DNA of 64,000 nucleotides from Candidatus Rifleibacteriota bacterium (GCA_028689875.1 JAQVCG010000003.1:3662-67661), one strand, 5' to 3'; positions 25,448 through 35,213 are shown, counted from the first letter of the stretch. The notes: generated by a model not told the origin, from the letters alone. A program made the numbers and translations.

Positions 25448-26800
25448 ATGAAGAAAAACAAAGCGGGTGAAGTCGACATTCTGACGCTTGAAGTCGGAAG
25501 CACCATTACCAAAGCAAACGGCTTTGTGATCGAAGATAATAAGCTTAAACACGTTGCGCAGGGCTTTGCTCCAACCAGCGTCGGCGAAGGAAACGTCGGT
25601 ATAGGCTTGCTTGCGGCCATCGAAGAACTAGAAAAAACCAGCAAATACTGCACTGATCAGGCAGAGGTTTTTGCCAACAGCTCTGCTGCAGGCGGTTTGC
25701 GTGTAACGGTTCATGGATTAACTTACAACATGACAGCGCGGGCAGCTAAAGAAGCAAGCTTAGGCGCAGGCGCCATAATAAAAATGATTACGGCGGGCGA
25801 AATCAGCGAATACGACTTAGAAGAAATCGAAGAAATCACTCCAAATATGGTTATACTAGCCGGCGGAGTCGAGTTCGGGGCCCGTGACGTCATAATTACC
25901 AATGCAATAAAGCTTAGCAGCGCCGATTTGGGCGTTCCCGTCGTTTATGCGGGCAACTCGGCTTTAAAGCGCGGTATCGAAAAGGTTTTCAGTAAATCGG
26001 GCACCGAATTTATTGTTGCACCTAATGTTTTTCCTGATGTAGACGTGCTCAACGTTGAACCATTGCGAAAAATAATGCAGGATTTGTTCTCGAAACACAT
26101 TATTCACGCACCGGGCATGGAGCGCCTCGAAAGCATAACGAGCAAACCTATTATACCCACTCCGGCAGCAGTATTAAAAGCGACCGAAATGTTTTACGAA
26201 GTAGCCGGCGACGTTGTAGTAGTCGATGTCGGCGGCGCAACCACCGATGTGCATTCGGTAACCGAAGGTAGCCTTGAATATGCAGAAAAACTTACGGCGC
26301 CCGAACCTTTCGCAAAGCGAACTGTAGAGGGCGACTTAGGGGTTTTCGTAAATGCGGGCAATATCCTCGAACAATCAGACGATTGGCTTAAACAAAGAGC
26401 ATCTGATGTTAAGGCTATGCCTGAAACGACCTCAGAAAAAGAAATGACCCGCAAGCTTTGCGCGAAAGCGGTAGAAAAAGGTGTTAAGCGCCACGCGGCC
26501 GTTATTTCAGACCTCTTTACCCCGTCAGGCAAAAAGCAAGTTGTGTCAGGGAAAGATTTATCGGCGGTTAAGTGGTTAATCGGAACCGGAGGTGCGTTAA
26601 CGAAAGTCGAAGGCGGAAGAGAAATTCTGAAAAGCATGTGCACCGGTGTTGGCAAGCATTTATTGCCTTCAAAAGACACAAAAATATTATTAGACAAAAA
26701 CTATTTGTTCTCTGCTTTGGGCACGGTGTGCACAACCCACCCCGAACTTGTAAAAAATACATTCAAAAGTTGGATAGAAGAAAATGGTCGATTACAGTGA
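25448..26800 (+). CDS. GlmL/MutL-like (glutamate mutase L family) ASKHA-fold protein
   Basis: The N-terminal VDILTLEVGSTITKANGF and the later VVVVDVGGATTDVHSV are the two phosphate-binding motifs of the sugar-kinase/actin fold, as arranged in GlmL-family proteins. The length is 450 aa. Confidence 0.55.
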   Translation: MKKNKAGEVDILTLEVGSTITKANGFVIEDNKLKHVAQGFAPTSVGEGNVGIGLLAAIEELEKTSKYCTDQAEVFANSSAAGGLRVTVHGLTYNMTARAAKEASLGAGAIIKMITAGEISEYDLEEIEEITPNMVILAGGVEFGARDVIITNAIKLSSADLGVPVVYAGNSALKRGIEKVFSKSGTEFIVAPNVFPDVDVLNVEPLRKIMQDLFSKHIIHAPGMERLESITSKPIIPTPAAVLKATEMFYEVAGDVVVVDVGGATTDVHSVTEGSLEYAEKLTAPEPFAKRTVEGDLGVFVNAGNILEQSDDWLKQRASDVKAMPETTSEKEMTRKLCAKAVEKGVKRHAAVISDLFTPSGKKQVVSGKDLSAVKWLIGTGGALTKVEGGREILKSMCTGVGKHLLPSKDTKILLDKNYLFSALGTVCTTHPELVKNTFKSWIEENGRLQ

Positions 26801-27887
26801 AATAGCTTCTGAAAAATTCAGAACTCCACGATTAGAGATTTATCCCGGGCGCATAGCCGAAAACGCTAAGAGCATTATATCGAAATGCCATCAAAGCGGC
26901 ATTGCAGTAGCGTGTGTAACAAAAGTTGTCTCTGCACACCCTGCAGTGGCTTTTGCCCTCGAAGAATCCGGAGCTGACATAATTGCAGACTCAAGAACCG
27001 AAAATCTCAAAAAACTCAGAGCTGCCGGTCTAAAGGGGCCTTTTTTGCTTTTGCGCCTGCCAACAAAGTCTTTGGCAGCAGAAGTTGTAGACGTCGCCGA
27101 CATAAGTCTTAACTCAAACATCGAAACCATTAAAGCTCTCGGGGCAGCTGCAGTTGCGGCAGGCAAAGTTCATCGTGTAATCATTATGGTTGATGTTGGC
27201 GATTTACGCGAAGGAGTTTGGCCTGACAAAGCACCAGAATTAGTTTGCAACGCTGCCTCAGTAAAGGGAATCGAAGTTATCGGCATTGGCTGCAATCTGG
27301 CCTGTTACGGCGGTGTTATTCCGTCACCCGAAAACATGCGTTTGCTCGTAAATACAGCCGAAAAATGCAGGAGTGCAAGCAAATTGCCTCTGCAAACTAT
27401 CTGCGGCGGTAATAGCTCGGGCCTACCGATAATGTCAGAAGGGCGCCTTCCCAACGGAATTAATCTTTACAGAATCGGCGAAGCCATAATTTTGGGAAGA
27501 AACGTAATAGACCGTTCGCCTTGGCCCGGAACTCGGCAAGACACCGTGATCGCGGTGGCGGAAGTCATAGAATCAGAAGTTAAGCCTTCGATGCCAATCG
27601 GCGAGCGCGGGCAAGACGCTTTCGGCGAAGTTCAAGAGTTTGAAGACAAGGGCTTGAGACAAAGAGTTATATGTAATTTGGGCAGGCAAGATGTCGTAGT
27701 AGACGGCATTACTCCCCTAGAAGAAGGAATTACGGTTTTGGGCGGTTCTAGCGACCATTTGATATTGGACGTTACCGATTGCGGACGAAAAATCAAAGTT
27801 GGCGATGAAATCGCGTTTTACCCGGGGTATGGCGCTTTGCTTGCGCTTTCTACCTCAGATTATGTTCAAAAAGTAGTTAAATACTGA
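26784..27887 (+). CDS. alanine/ornithine racemase-family PLP-dependent enzyme (YhfX/Orr-like)
   Basis: IAVACVTKVVSAHPAVAFAL fits a PLP-lysine context, and the layout is a TIM barrel followed by a C-terminal beta domain. The annotated start overlaps the upstream gene by 17 nt, so the true start may be later. Confidence 0.6.
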   Translation: MVDYSEIASEKFRTPRLEIYPGRIAENAKSIISKCHQSGIAVACVTKVVSAHPAVAFALEESGADIIADSRTENLKKLRAAGLKGPFLLLRLPTKSLAAEVVDVADISLNSNIETIKALGAAAVAAGKVHRVIIMVDVGDLREGVWPDKAPELVCNAASVKGIEVIGIGCNLACYGGVIPSPENMRLLVNTAEKCRSASKLPLQTICGGNSSGLPIMSEGRLPNGINLYRIGEAIILGRNVIDRSPWPGTRQDTVIAVAEVIESEVKPSMPIGERGQDAFGEVQEFEDKGLRQRVICNLGRQDVVVDGITPLEEGITVLGGSSDHLILDVTDCGRKIKVGDEIAFYPGYGALLALSTSDYVQKVVKY

Positions 27888-27911
27888 AAAATCAGTAGCA
27901 GAAGGTTTAAA

Positions 27912-29036
27912 ATGCTTTATCAGACACATGCAGAAGTTAATCTTAAAAACATCAGCGACAACATAACTAATATTCGCAAGGCAATCGGATCTGAGCCTAA
28001 AATTTTAATTGCAGTTAAGGCCGACGCATACGGACACGGCGCTGTTGAGGTTTCAAAAATGGCACAAGAAATTGGCGTCGACTGGCTCGGAATAGCCACT
28101 GTGCCCGAAGCTATCGAATTGCGCGAAGCAGGTATAACACTGCCTATTTTGAAATTATCGCATTTGTTTGAGGAAGAAGCCGAAGCAGCAATAAACTACG
28201 ATGTTACAACTGCTGTTTCTAGCATTGAAAACGCCGAAATGCTGAATAGAATTGCAAAAAGCCTTAACAAAACCTGCAGTGTTCATTTAAAAATCGATAC
28301 AGGAATGGGCCGAATAGGCGTGTCAGTAGATGAAGCAAGTAAACTTGCGGACACAGTTTTGCACGGATGCTCAAATTTATCGTTGACAGGCATTTTTACG
28401 CATCTTCCCGTAAGCGATGACACAAACAAAACATTTACCCAAAGACAAATTGCAAAATTTAAGAAATGCGTTACCGAAATTGAAGAAAAAATGCAATTTA
28501 AGTTTCCACTTGTGCACTGTGCCAATAGCGGCGGAGTGCTTGCACACCCTGAAAGCACATTCTCTATGGTGCGCCCGGGCATTATGATTTACGGGTTCTA
28601 CCCCTCTTCTGATATTGAGCACAGCATAAATCTAAAACCTGCGCTAAGTTTCAAAACAAGAGTATCTTTTGTTAAGTTTGTCACAAAAGGTTGTTCTATC
28701 GGATACGGGCGCACTTGGATAGCACCAGAAGATTCTTGGGTGGCAACTTTTCCGGCAGGATACGCTGACGGATTCAATCGATTATTCTCAAACAAAGGCA
28801 GAGTGCTTATAAACGGTAATTCTTACCCTGTAATTGGCAGAGTTTGTATGGATCAAAGCATGTGCTTATTAGGCTCCTCGACAGACGTAAAAGTGGGAGA
28901 CGAAGTAGTTTTGATAGGCAAATCAGAAAAAGAAGAAATAACAGCTTATGAATGGGCTGACAAGCTCGACACAATAACATATGAAGTGACTTGCCAAATC
29001 AACAAGCGCGTTAAAAGATATTATATCAAACAATAA
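27912..29036 (+). CDS. alr: alanine racemase
   Basis: The PLP-lysine motif is AVKADAYGHGA. Also present are the catalytic Tyr region SIGYGRTW, FPAGYADG and RVCMDQSM. The length is 374 aa. Confidence 0.88.
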   Translation: MLYQTHAEVNLKNISDNITNIRKAIGSEPKILIAVKADAYGHGAVEVSKMAQEIGVDWLGIATVPEAIELREAGITLPILKLSHLFEEEAEAAINYDVTTAVSSIENAEMLNRIAKSLNKTCSVHLKIDTGMGRIGVSVDEASKLADTVLHGCSNLSLTGIFTHLPVSDDTNKTFTQRQIAKFKKCVTEIEEKMQFKFPLVHCANSGGVLAHPESTFSMVRPGIMIYGFYPSSDIEHSINLKPALSFKTRVSFVKFVTKGCSIGYGRTWIAPEDSWVATFPAGYADGFNRLFSNKGRVLINGNSYPVIGRVCMDQSMCLLGSSTDVKVGDEVVLIGKSEKEEITAYEWADKLDTITYEVTCQINKRVKRYYIKQ

Positions 29037-29041
29037 ATTTC

Positions 29042-29503
29042 TTGAATTTGCCGAAAGTTGCATATATTATACATCCCATGGCACTTAAAATAGTAGACAG
29101 ACAACAAATTGAAGAGATACTCGCCGAATTAAATATTAATTCCTTTTCGCGGCCTTTTGCGGGCCTAATTGATCAAGGTGACTTCGGCACAGTTGCAACT
29201 TACATTCCTTTATACGCGCAAGAATATAAAAAACTTTCGCCGCGCTTACAAAGCCATGTTTACTTAATTGCACCGGGCAGATATGGACTAATTTGTTTTC
29301 TACCCCGAATATTTGAAGCCCCCGACGGTGGAAAACCAATTAGCATTGAAAAACAATTTAACAGTTGGGGAAAAATGATAAAATTGTCTTATAAGACCGA
29401 TAAAGACGGTGAGTTCGAAATTTGTCATACCATAAGACAAGATAAATTATTGGCTTACGCAAAAAAGAAAAAACTCCCCGAAAAGTTATCTTATAAATTA
29501 TAA
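29042..29503 (+). CDS. hypothetical protein
   Basis: The ORF has a TTG start at 29042 or an ATG at 29078 (MALKIVDRQ). I recognise no family. Confidence 0.4.
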   Translation: MNLPKVAYIIHPMALKIVDRQQIEEILAELNINSFSRPFAGLIDQGDFGTVATYIPLYAQEYKKLSPRLQSHVYLIAPGRYGLICFLPRIFEAPDGGKPISIEKQFNSWGKMIKLSYKTDKDGEFEICHTIRQDKLLAYAKKKKLPEKLSYKL

Positions 29504-29527
29504 GATAAACAAAACAAGGAAACATAA

Positions 29528-31117
29528 ATGAAAATAACCTTTTATGGCGCAGCCGGCTGTGTAACAGGCTCTAATTATCTTATAGAAACAGAAAGCTACA
29601 AGTTCTTAGTTGATTGTGGCATGTTTCAAGGGAACAAAACCTTAAAAGAAAACAATTACAAAAAGTTTGCTTACAATCCGGCAGACATTGATTTTGTAAT
29701 AATCACGCACGCTCACATAGACCACACAGGTTTGTTACCAAAATTGGTAAAACAGGGCTTCAATGGGCCCATTTATGCTACAAAACCTACTGTAGACATG
29801 CTAAAGTCGCTTTTACCTGATTCTGCGAGAATTCAAGAAGTTGAAGTTCTGCAAAAAAACAGAAGAAACGAAAGAAAAGGGTTGCCGCCATTAGAGCCAA
29901 TATACGATGAATTGGATGCAGATAAAGCAATTTCATTATTGAAAGGCGTCGACCGCTATAAAGATTTTTCGCCTATAAAGGGCTGTAATGTAGTGTTTCA
30001 CAATGCAGGACACATCCTGGGTTCTGCCGTTGTTGAAATCGAAGTCACTGACAAAAATGAAACAAGAAAAATTGTGTTTACGGGCGATTTGGGCGAAGAT
30101 GACCACCCCATAGTAAACGACCCCGATCGAATAAAATCCACTGACTTTTTGCTTGTTGAATCAACATATGGAAACCGCATCAGAAAAGAAGTAACAAAAG
30201 AAGAACGATTAGCTGCCATTGCTAAAGTTTTTAAAGAAGCCGAAAAACGCGGCGGCAAAATTCTGATTCCGGCTTTCTCTCTCGAACGAACACAGGACTT
30301 ACTGCATGATATTTTAATACTAAAAGAACGAAAAGAAATATCAGGCATTAAGGTTGTCGTAGATTCTCCTTTATCAAAAGAACTTACAAAAGTTTTCGTG
30401 AAATACCCCGAACTTTATGATGAAGATGCAACATCCCTAAATCATAAAATGGGTGGATTGTTCGATCACCCTGACTTCAGTTTCACCGAAAGCGTAGAAG
30501 AATCTAAGGCGCTAAACCCGTTAAATAACATTGTAATTATGTCTGCAAGCGGAATGTGTGATGCCGGAAGAATTAAACACCACCTGAAGCACAACCTCTG
30601 GAACCCCGCAAACACAGTAATATTTGTGGGCTATCAAGCAGAAGGAACCTTAGGCAGACTAATTTTAGACGGAGCAAAAAAAGTAAGAATACACGGCGAA
30701 GAAGTAACTGTTGGCGCCGTAATTGATCAGATTCCCGGTTATAGCGGGCATGCCGACCAGAATGGGCTGTTAAAATGGATGAAAACCATTGAAAATAGTC
30801 CGCGACAAATTTTTGTTGTGCACGGAGAACCTGAATCGGCCAGGGAATTTGCTTCTTTAATCAAAAATAACTTTGGCTTTAAAGCCACTATTCCGGCAAT
30901 GAACGACAGTTTTGACTTGCTAAGCTACGCTGAAATCACCGAAACTGGCGCAAAAGCCGAAAAAGTTGCAGAAAAACCAATTATTAAGCCATTAAGACGC
31001 GACTCTCACAATCTATATGCCGACTTTATGCTGCGTTTAGCCGACTATATGCGTTATGAAAAGGAAGAAGATAAACGCCGCCAAAAACTAGAAGAATTAC
31101 TAGCACAATTGAAGTAA
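29528..31117 (+). CDS. beta-CASP family metallo-beta-lactamase-fold ribonuclease-like protein
   Basis: It has the HAHIDHTG (HxHxDH) motif and a beta-CASP-type layout, with a late GYSGHAD and a final VHGE motif. Confidence 0.75.
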   Translation: MKITFYGAAGCVTGSNYLIETESYKFLVDCGMFQGNKTLKENNYKKFAYNPADIDFVIITHAHIDHTGLLPKLVKQGFNGPIYATKPTVDMLKSLLPDSARIQEVEVLQKNRRNERKGLPPLEPIYDELDADKAISLLKGVDRYKDFSPIKGCNVVFHNAGHILGSAVVEIEVTDKNETRKIVFTGDLGEDDHPIVNDPDRIKSTDFLLVESTYGNRIRKEVTKEERLAAIAKVFKEAEKRGGKILIPAFSLERTQDLLHDILILKERKEISGIKVVVDSPLSKELTKVFVKYPELYDEDATSLNHKMGGLFDHPDFSFTESVEESKALNPLNNIVIMSASGMCDAGRIKHHLKHNLWNPANTVIFVGYQAEGTLGRLILDGAKKVRIHGEEVTVGAVIDQIPGYSGHADQNGLLKWMKTIENSPRQIFVVHGEPESAREFASLIKNNFGFKATIPAMNDSFDLLSYAEITETGAKAEKVAEKPIIKPLRRDSHNLYADFMLRLADYMRYEKEEDKRRQKLEELLAQLK

Positions 31118-31155
31118 TTTGAATATAAACTTTTAATAAAATTTCGGAGCAAATT

Positions 31156-31341
31156 ATGTTAAACCCCACAAGATTGACTGACGAACAAGTAGTTGAGTTA
31201 AGAAGCGAAAAGATTGAACTTAATCGCAAATCAAGAAGACTCACAGGGATGAAGATCGCCTGCGTAGGCAAAACCCAAGGACTACTCGAATGCGAAACAG
31301 CTGAAGGCGTATGTCCCGACTACGAAATCTGCCACAAATAA
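31156..31341 (+). CDS. small Cys-containing protein (61 aa)
   Basis: A GGAG sits 6 nt upstream of the ATG, and a strong intrinsic terminator follows immediately downstream. The C-terminal half carries four Cys: CVGKTQGLLECETAEGVCPDYEIC. Confidence 0.5.
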   Translation: MLNPTRLTDEQVVELRSEKIELNRKSRRLTGMKIACVGKTQGLLECETAEGVCPDYEICHK

Positions 31342-31348
31342 GCACACT

Positions 31349-31382
31349 TCCGTCATTCATCAAAGAATGACGGATTTTTTTT
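31349..31382. terminator. bidirectional rho-independent terminator
   Basis: A perfect 10-bp stem TCCGTCATTC/GAATGACGGA with a 6-nt loop is followed by T8. It sits between convergent genes ending at 31341 (+) and 31381 (-). Confidence 0.75.
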
Positions 31383-31851
31383 ACGGCAATAGCTTTAATA
31401 TTGAGTCGAAATCTTTGGTTATATCATAATCATCATCATTTTGTGATTTATCGGCGCATAGTTCAGCGAGTTTTTCTGCCCTCTTATTTAACCAGTTTTT
31501 GAGAGGCCTATATCTTTCTTTTGCTTCTTCGGTTTTAAGAGCTTTTAACGCCACTTCAAACTGTTTTTTTTCTCGTGACAATGCATAGATTGCCAAATTA
31601 AAATAATCTTCTTTCATTAATTGCGGATTTATGCCTATTATGGCTAATTCAAGACGTAAAGCCGCTTGAGCTTCAAAATTAGTGTTATGTTTTTCAGGGA
31701 AAGATTCTTCTAAGTTTTCGCTGACTTCAAAACCAAAAGAGGCGATTTTTACGGCTCTCAAAAGGTCTTTGATTTGCCCCTTAAAATCGTTTGCAAAAAG
31801 GGAGCAAGAAATTAAAACCATTATAAGAGTTATAAAAATATAGTTTTTCAT
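31381..31851 (-). CDS. secreted hypothetical protein (156 aa)
   Basis: It has an N-terminal signal peptide (MKNYIFITLIMVLISCSLFA) and a helical remainder. I recognise no family. Confidence 0.5.
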   Translation of the reverse strand: MKNYIFITLIMVLISCSLFANDFKGQIKDLLRAVKIASFGFEVSENLEESFPEKHNTNFEAQAALRLELAIIGINPQLMKEDYFNLAIYALSREKKQFEVALKALKTEEAKERYRPLKNWLNKRAEKLAELCADKSQNDDDYDITKDFDSILKLLP

Positions 31852-31980
31852 ATTAATAAAACTATTATATACATGTTTTTCAAGAATTTAAACCGCAAAA
31901 AAAGGCATTAAACCCTTTTGCTTTACAAGGCCTTAATGCTTGTTATATACTTAACCGAAATTTTCAAACGCAGGTAGAAT

Positions 31981-32763
31981 ATGGACAATAACATTACAAT
32001 GATTATTATAGGCGTCGTAGCCATATTAGTGCTTTATGCGGCCATTAGATTTTTCAAATTTTGGTTTGGACCAATCGGCGGAAACGCAGGTTTTTGCGCC
32101 GCTGCAAAACCTTCTTTCACTTGGTATAACATTTCTCAATTTCTCAGCAGATGTATCTTCAAAGTGTATAACCGCATGAAAATTCACGGCACAGAGCAAA
32201 TTCCTGTTGGCCGCCAATTTGTTACCGTAGCAAATCATGCGTCAATTCTTGATGGCTTTATAATGGGCGGTTCTGTCAGGCTGCCGCTTTTTATTATGGT
32301 AAAAAAAGAAGCATTCGAAAACCCCATTAAAGGCTTTTACCTCAGAAAAGTAATGTGTTTTCCTGTTGACCGATCAATCGTAGACGCCACAGCAATAAAA
32401 ACCGCAATGAAAGTATTAAACGACGGCTACAACTTGGGTTTGTTCCCCGAAGGCACCAGAAACCGCGACGGCTACGTTGGCGAATTTAAGTCCGGAGCCA
32501 TAAAATTCGCACTTAAAAAGAAATTACCTATTTTGCCCGCATATATTCACAACTCTCACCTTCTGACGCCACCCGGCAAAATCTTTCCGCGCCCCGCAAA
32601 AATGTCTGTCCATTTTTTACCTTTAATCGACACTAAAGCAATGCTGGAAGAAGGAAAAACAGAAGAAGACATTCTTAAACTGCTTCACGACCAGATATGT
32701 ACGAAAGGAAGCGAAGTAGCAGGTTATGATGTCAGAGTTTCTATTGCAAACCAAGAATCTTAA
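31981..32763 (+). CDS. plsC: 1-acyl-sn-glycerol-3-phosphate acyltransferase
   Basis: It has an N-terminal TM helix, the HX4D motif ANHASILDG and the FPEGTRN motif. Confidence 0.82.
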   Translation: MDNNITMIIIGVVAILVLYAAIRFFKFWFGPIGGNAGFCAAAKPSFTWYNISQFLSRCIFKVYNRMKIHGTEQIPVGRQFVTVANHASILDGFIMGGSVRLPLFIMVKKEAFENPIKGFYLRKVMCFPVDRSIVDATAIKTAMKVLNDGYNLGLFPEGTRNRDGYVGEFKSGAIKFALKKKLPILPAYIHNSHLLTPPGKIFPRPAKMSVHFLPLIDTKAMLEEGKTEEDILKLLHDQICTKGSEVAGYDVRVSIANQES

Positions 32764-33688
32764 TTTTAAAATCGATAAAACTGCCATACTCGAAAACATA
32801 CGTCGGCACTGCGACAAAGCACCAATGATAAATCTTTTTGGGCCTTTCCTGTGCAAAATATGGAAAAGCATTGAAGACGATCTTTTGAGGTTTGGCATAA
32901 AAGGCATTTTATGCTCTAATTCATCGGTATTAAGCCAAATTGATGCTAAAATCACAAAGATTCTTTTACCGGGCTTTTCTATCGATGAACTAGGCTGTGC
33001 ACAAAGCGGAATTTTACCGGTCATTGATTCAATGAGCGCTCTATGTGCCTTGTCAAATATTGCACAAATGTATGACAAGCGACTTTATTTTTTGTTCAGG
33101 ATTCGCAGTCTTCACAATATGCTTTATTGTGACCAGCACTACTGCGAATCGCTCTTTAACGGTGCTAATGTATTACCCATGATTTCTGCCGCAGGTGTTT
33201 ATTCCGACTTTGGCATTTCAAACACCGACCTGCCCCTTTTACGGCGCATGCTCTATGAATGCGAAAATTCTGCAGACTTGCCGATTTATACATCTCTATC
33301 AGCATATGACCCGCAGGTCGCCCAAATAACACCTTTCATAAACTACGAATCTGTTGCTCTATGCACAAACATTACAGGCGCTTTCCCTTGCGAAATAAGC
33401 TTCACAGCGCACCTTATAGGCGAGAAATACGGGCACCAGTTATTTAGAGCCGACATAGGATTAAAAGACGGGCTGCCGCCGGTGTTTCCAATTCGCGTAG
33501 ACAATAATGAAGCCAAAGTAGTAACCGTTGAACCCGATCATTTTATTTTCAAAATCGCCGACCACTACGAAGGCCCCCAACCTATCACCGGGTACTTAAC
33601 CGGAGGCAGTCCCTTAAACCCCGTAGACTTATCGCAGTGGGACACCAAAGATTTAATAACAATTCTCAGTCAGGGATTTAGCCGCTAA
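32726..33688 (+). CDS. hypothetical protein (about 290-320 aa)
   Basis: A long ORF with no recognisable family. The annotated start overlaps plsC by 38 nt. An internal ATG at 32825 is an alternative start. Confidence 0.45.
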   Translation: MMSEFLLQTKNLNFKIDKTAILENIRRHCDKAPMINLFGPFLCKIWKSIEDDLLRFGIKGILCSNSSVLSQIDAKITKILLPGFSIDELGCAQSGILPVIDSMSALCALSNIAQMYDKRLYFLFRIRSLHNMLYCDQHYCESLFNGANVLPMISAAGVYSDFGISNTDLPLLRRMLYECENSADLPIYTSLSAYDPQVAQITPFINYESVALCTNITGAFPCEISFTAHLIGEKYGHQLFRADIGLKDGLPPVFPIRVDNNEAKVVTVEPDHFIFKIADHYEGPQPITGYLTGGSPLNPVDLSQWDTKDLITILSQGFSR

Positions 33689-33727
33689 TCTGTTCCAACA
33701 AAGGTCTTAGAGGCAACAAAAATTTAC

Positions 33728-33756
33728 TTTACAAATGTACAGTTTTCGATTATCAT
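33728..33756 (+). promoter_or_regulatory. putative sigma70-type promoter of the ferredoxin gene
   Basis: TTTACA (33728-33733), a 17-nt spacer, then TATCAT (33751-33756), about 50 nt upstream of the ATG at 33805. Confidence 0.4.
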
Positions 33757-33804
33757 CACATTTGAATAAATCAGCACGCCTTGCTGAAATCTAAGGAGAT
33801 TAAA

Positions 33805-33975
33805 ATGGCAATTAAAGTTGATACCGAAAAATGTATTGGTTGCGGTGCTTGCACTGGCACATGCCCCGTAGAAGCTCTTGAAATGAAAGACGGCAAAGCC
33901 TGCTATAAAAACGAAGGTTGCATCGAATGCGGCGCTTGCGTAGGCGTTTGCCCCGTAGAAGCTCTCAGCCTCTGA
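33805..33975 (+). CDS. 2x[4Fe-4S] clostridial-type ferredoxin (56 aa)
   Basis: There are two CxxCxxCxxxCP motifs: CIGCGACTGTCP and CIECGACVGVCP. An AGGAG sits 7 nt upstream of the ATG at 33805; the ORF-track TTG start at 33781 is less likely. Confidence 0.9.
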   Translation: MAIKVDTEKCIGCGACTGTCPVEALEMKDGKACYKNEGCIECGACVGVCPVEALSL

Positions 33976-33999
33976 TTTTTATAATCTGAAAAAGAGCAT

Positions 34000-34061
34000 C
34001 ACCCCCTGCTAACGGCTTTTGTTATTTTCAAAAATACGAACCTATAGCAGGGTGTTTTTTT
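34000..34061. terminator. probable bidirectional terminator hairpin
   Basis: CCCTGCTA (34004-34011) pairs with TAGCAGGG (34045-34052) and is followed by T7. The loop is unusually large (about 33 nt). It lies between the convergent ferredoxin gene and the 34073-35101 gene. Confidence 0.45.
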
Positions 34062-34072
34062 ATTAAAGATAA

Positions 34073-35101
34073 TTAAAGATTATCAATCAAATCGCCCAAA
34101 TCGGGTGCTGATGTATCTTCAGTGTCATCGGTGTCTTCAGTATTTGCTACAGGTTCTTCAGTTTCATTGGAAGGGGCCTGCGCTGCATCGTTCGCATACG
34201 AAGCGTCGTTAAGCACCGGTTCTTCGTGGTTTTCTTCATTATCAGAAGGCGTATCATAGCTTCTGAATGGAGTTTCCTCTTCTTTTGCTTTGTCTTTTTC
34301 AGCAAGTGCTTCTAGGGAAGCAGATTCTGACTCTGCTCTCTGCAGACGGCTTTTAGCGCTTGCCACTTCTTGTTCTTTTTCTGCTATTTGATCTTTTAAT
34401 CTGCGGCGCCGTCTTTCGTAGAGTTCATCGTTTAATGCAAACCAAAGCCTATTTGCTTTATCATAAGCATCTTGAAGTTCTTTTAATTCTTCTTCGAGCT
34501 GAGGTACAACGTTTTGTAATTCTTCTTTATCTTTGTATGCTTGTTCAAGTCTGGACGCACGTTGTTCTTTTTCTGCCTGATCTTCGGCAAATTTTTCGCT
34601 TTTTTCTAATTCGCTCCATGACTTAAGCCGTTCATCTCTGAGCTGAGAAGTTACTTCGGTTTTATAAGAAGCAAGTATTTCTTCGGTTTCTCTCAAGCGA
34701 TCAATCAAAGCTCGGGTGCGCTCTTTCACATTTTCGTCTGTAACAAGAGTTACCACCTTTTCATAACTTTCAATGGCGCTTTTATTGTCTGAGTAGCATA
34801 CCGCCTGGATAAAGCCCATGGTTTCCCAGAGTTTAACGTTTTCGGGTTCTTTTTCGAGACGAGTCTTAACACTGTCTCTCAGCATTTCTACCAAGCCGTC
34901 GTCATTAAAAGCGAGGACGGCTCTGTCTGCTCTGAGGGCTTTTTCATATGTTTCTACCGCTTTTTCGTTATTATTTTGCTGCTTATAATTCATGGCTTCT
35001 TCATATAAAATCTGTGCCTCATCTTTTATGTTTTGTGAAAAAGAAGGCATGCAGGCAAATATCATAAAAAACCCTAGAAGGGCTATAAAAGTTTTTTTCA
35101 T
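34073..35101 (-). CDS. secreted TPR-like / coiled-coil protein with acidic C-terminal tail
   Basis: It has a signal peptide (MKKTFIALLGFFMIFACMPSFS), then TPR-like helices, then a long Glu/Lys/Arg coiled coil and an Asp/Glu/Thr-rich tail. Confidence 0.6.
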   Translation of the reverse strand: MKKTFIALLGFFMIFACMPSFSQNIKDEAQILYEEAMNYKQQNNNEKAVETYEKALRADRAVLAFNDDGLVEMLRDSVKTRLEKEPENVKLWETMGFIQAVCYSDNKSAIESYEKVVTLVTDENVKERTRALIDRLRETEEILASYKTEVTSQLRDERLKSWSELEKSEKFAEDQAEKEQRASRLEQAYKDKEELQNVVPQLEEELKELQDAYDKANRLWFALNDELYERRRRRLKDQIAEKEQEVASAKSRLQRAESESASLEALAEKDKAKEEETPFRSYDTPSDNEENHEEPVLNDASYANDAAQAPSNETEEPVANTEDTDDTEDTSAPDLGDLIDNL

Positions 35102-35213
35102 AAAAACCTCTCAATTAAATTCGAAGTCAGATCATTCTAACACTGCCAAATTCAATAAACAATAGTTTTTAGCGTTTAAATGTGTTATTCTGTATCATTC
35201 TAAGGAGCCTATA

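Noticed and set aside
31156-31341. Interpreting the 61-aa Cys-containing protein as a SCIFF/ranthipeptide-type RiPP precursor.
   Set aside because: The Cys spacing and sequence do not match the SCIFF pattern, and no radical SAM/SPASM maturase is adjacent. It is kept only as a low-interest small-protein observation.
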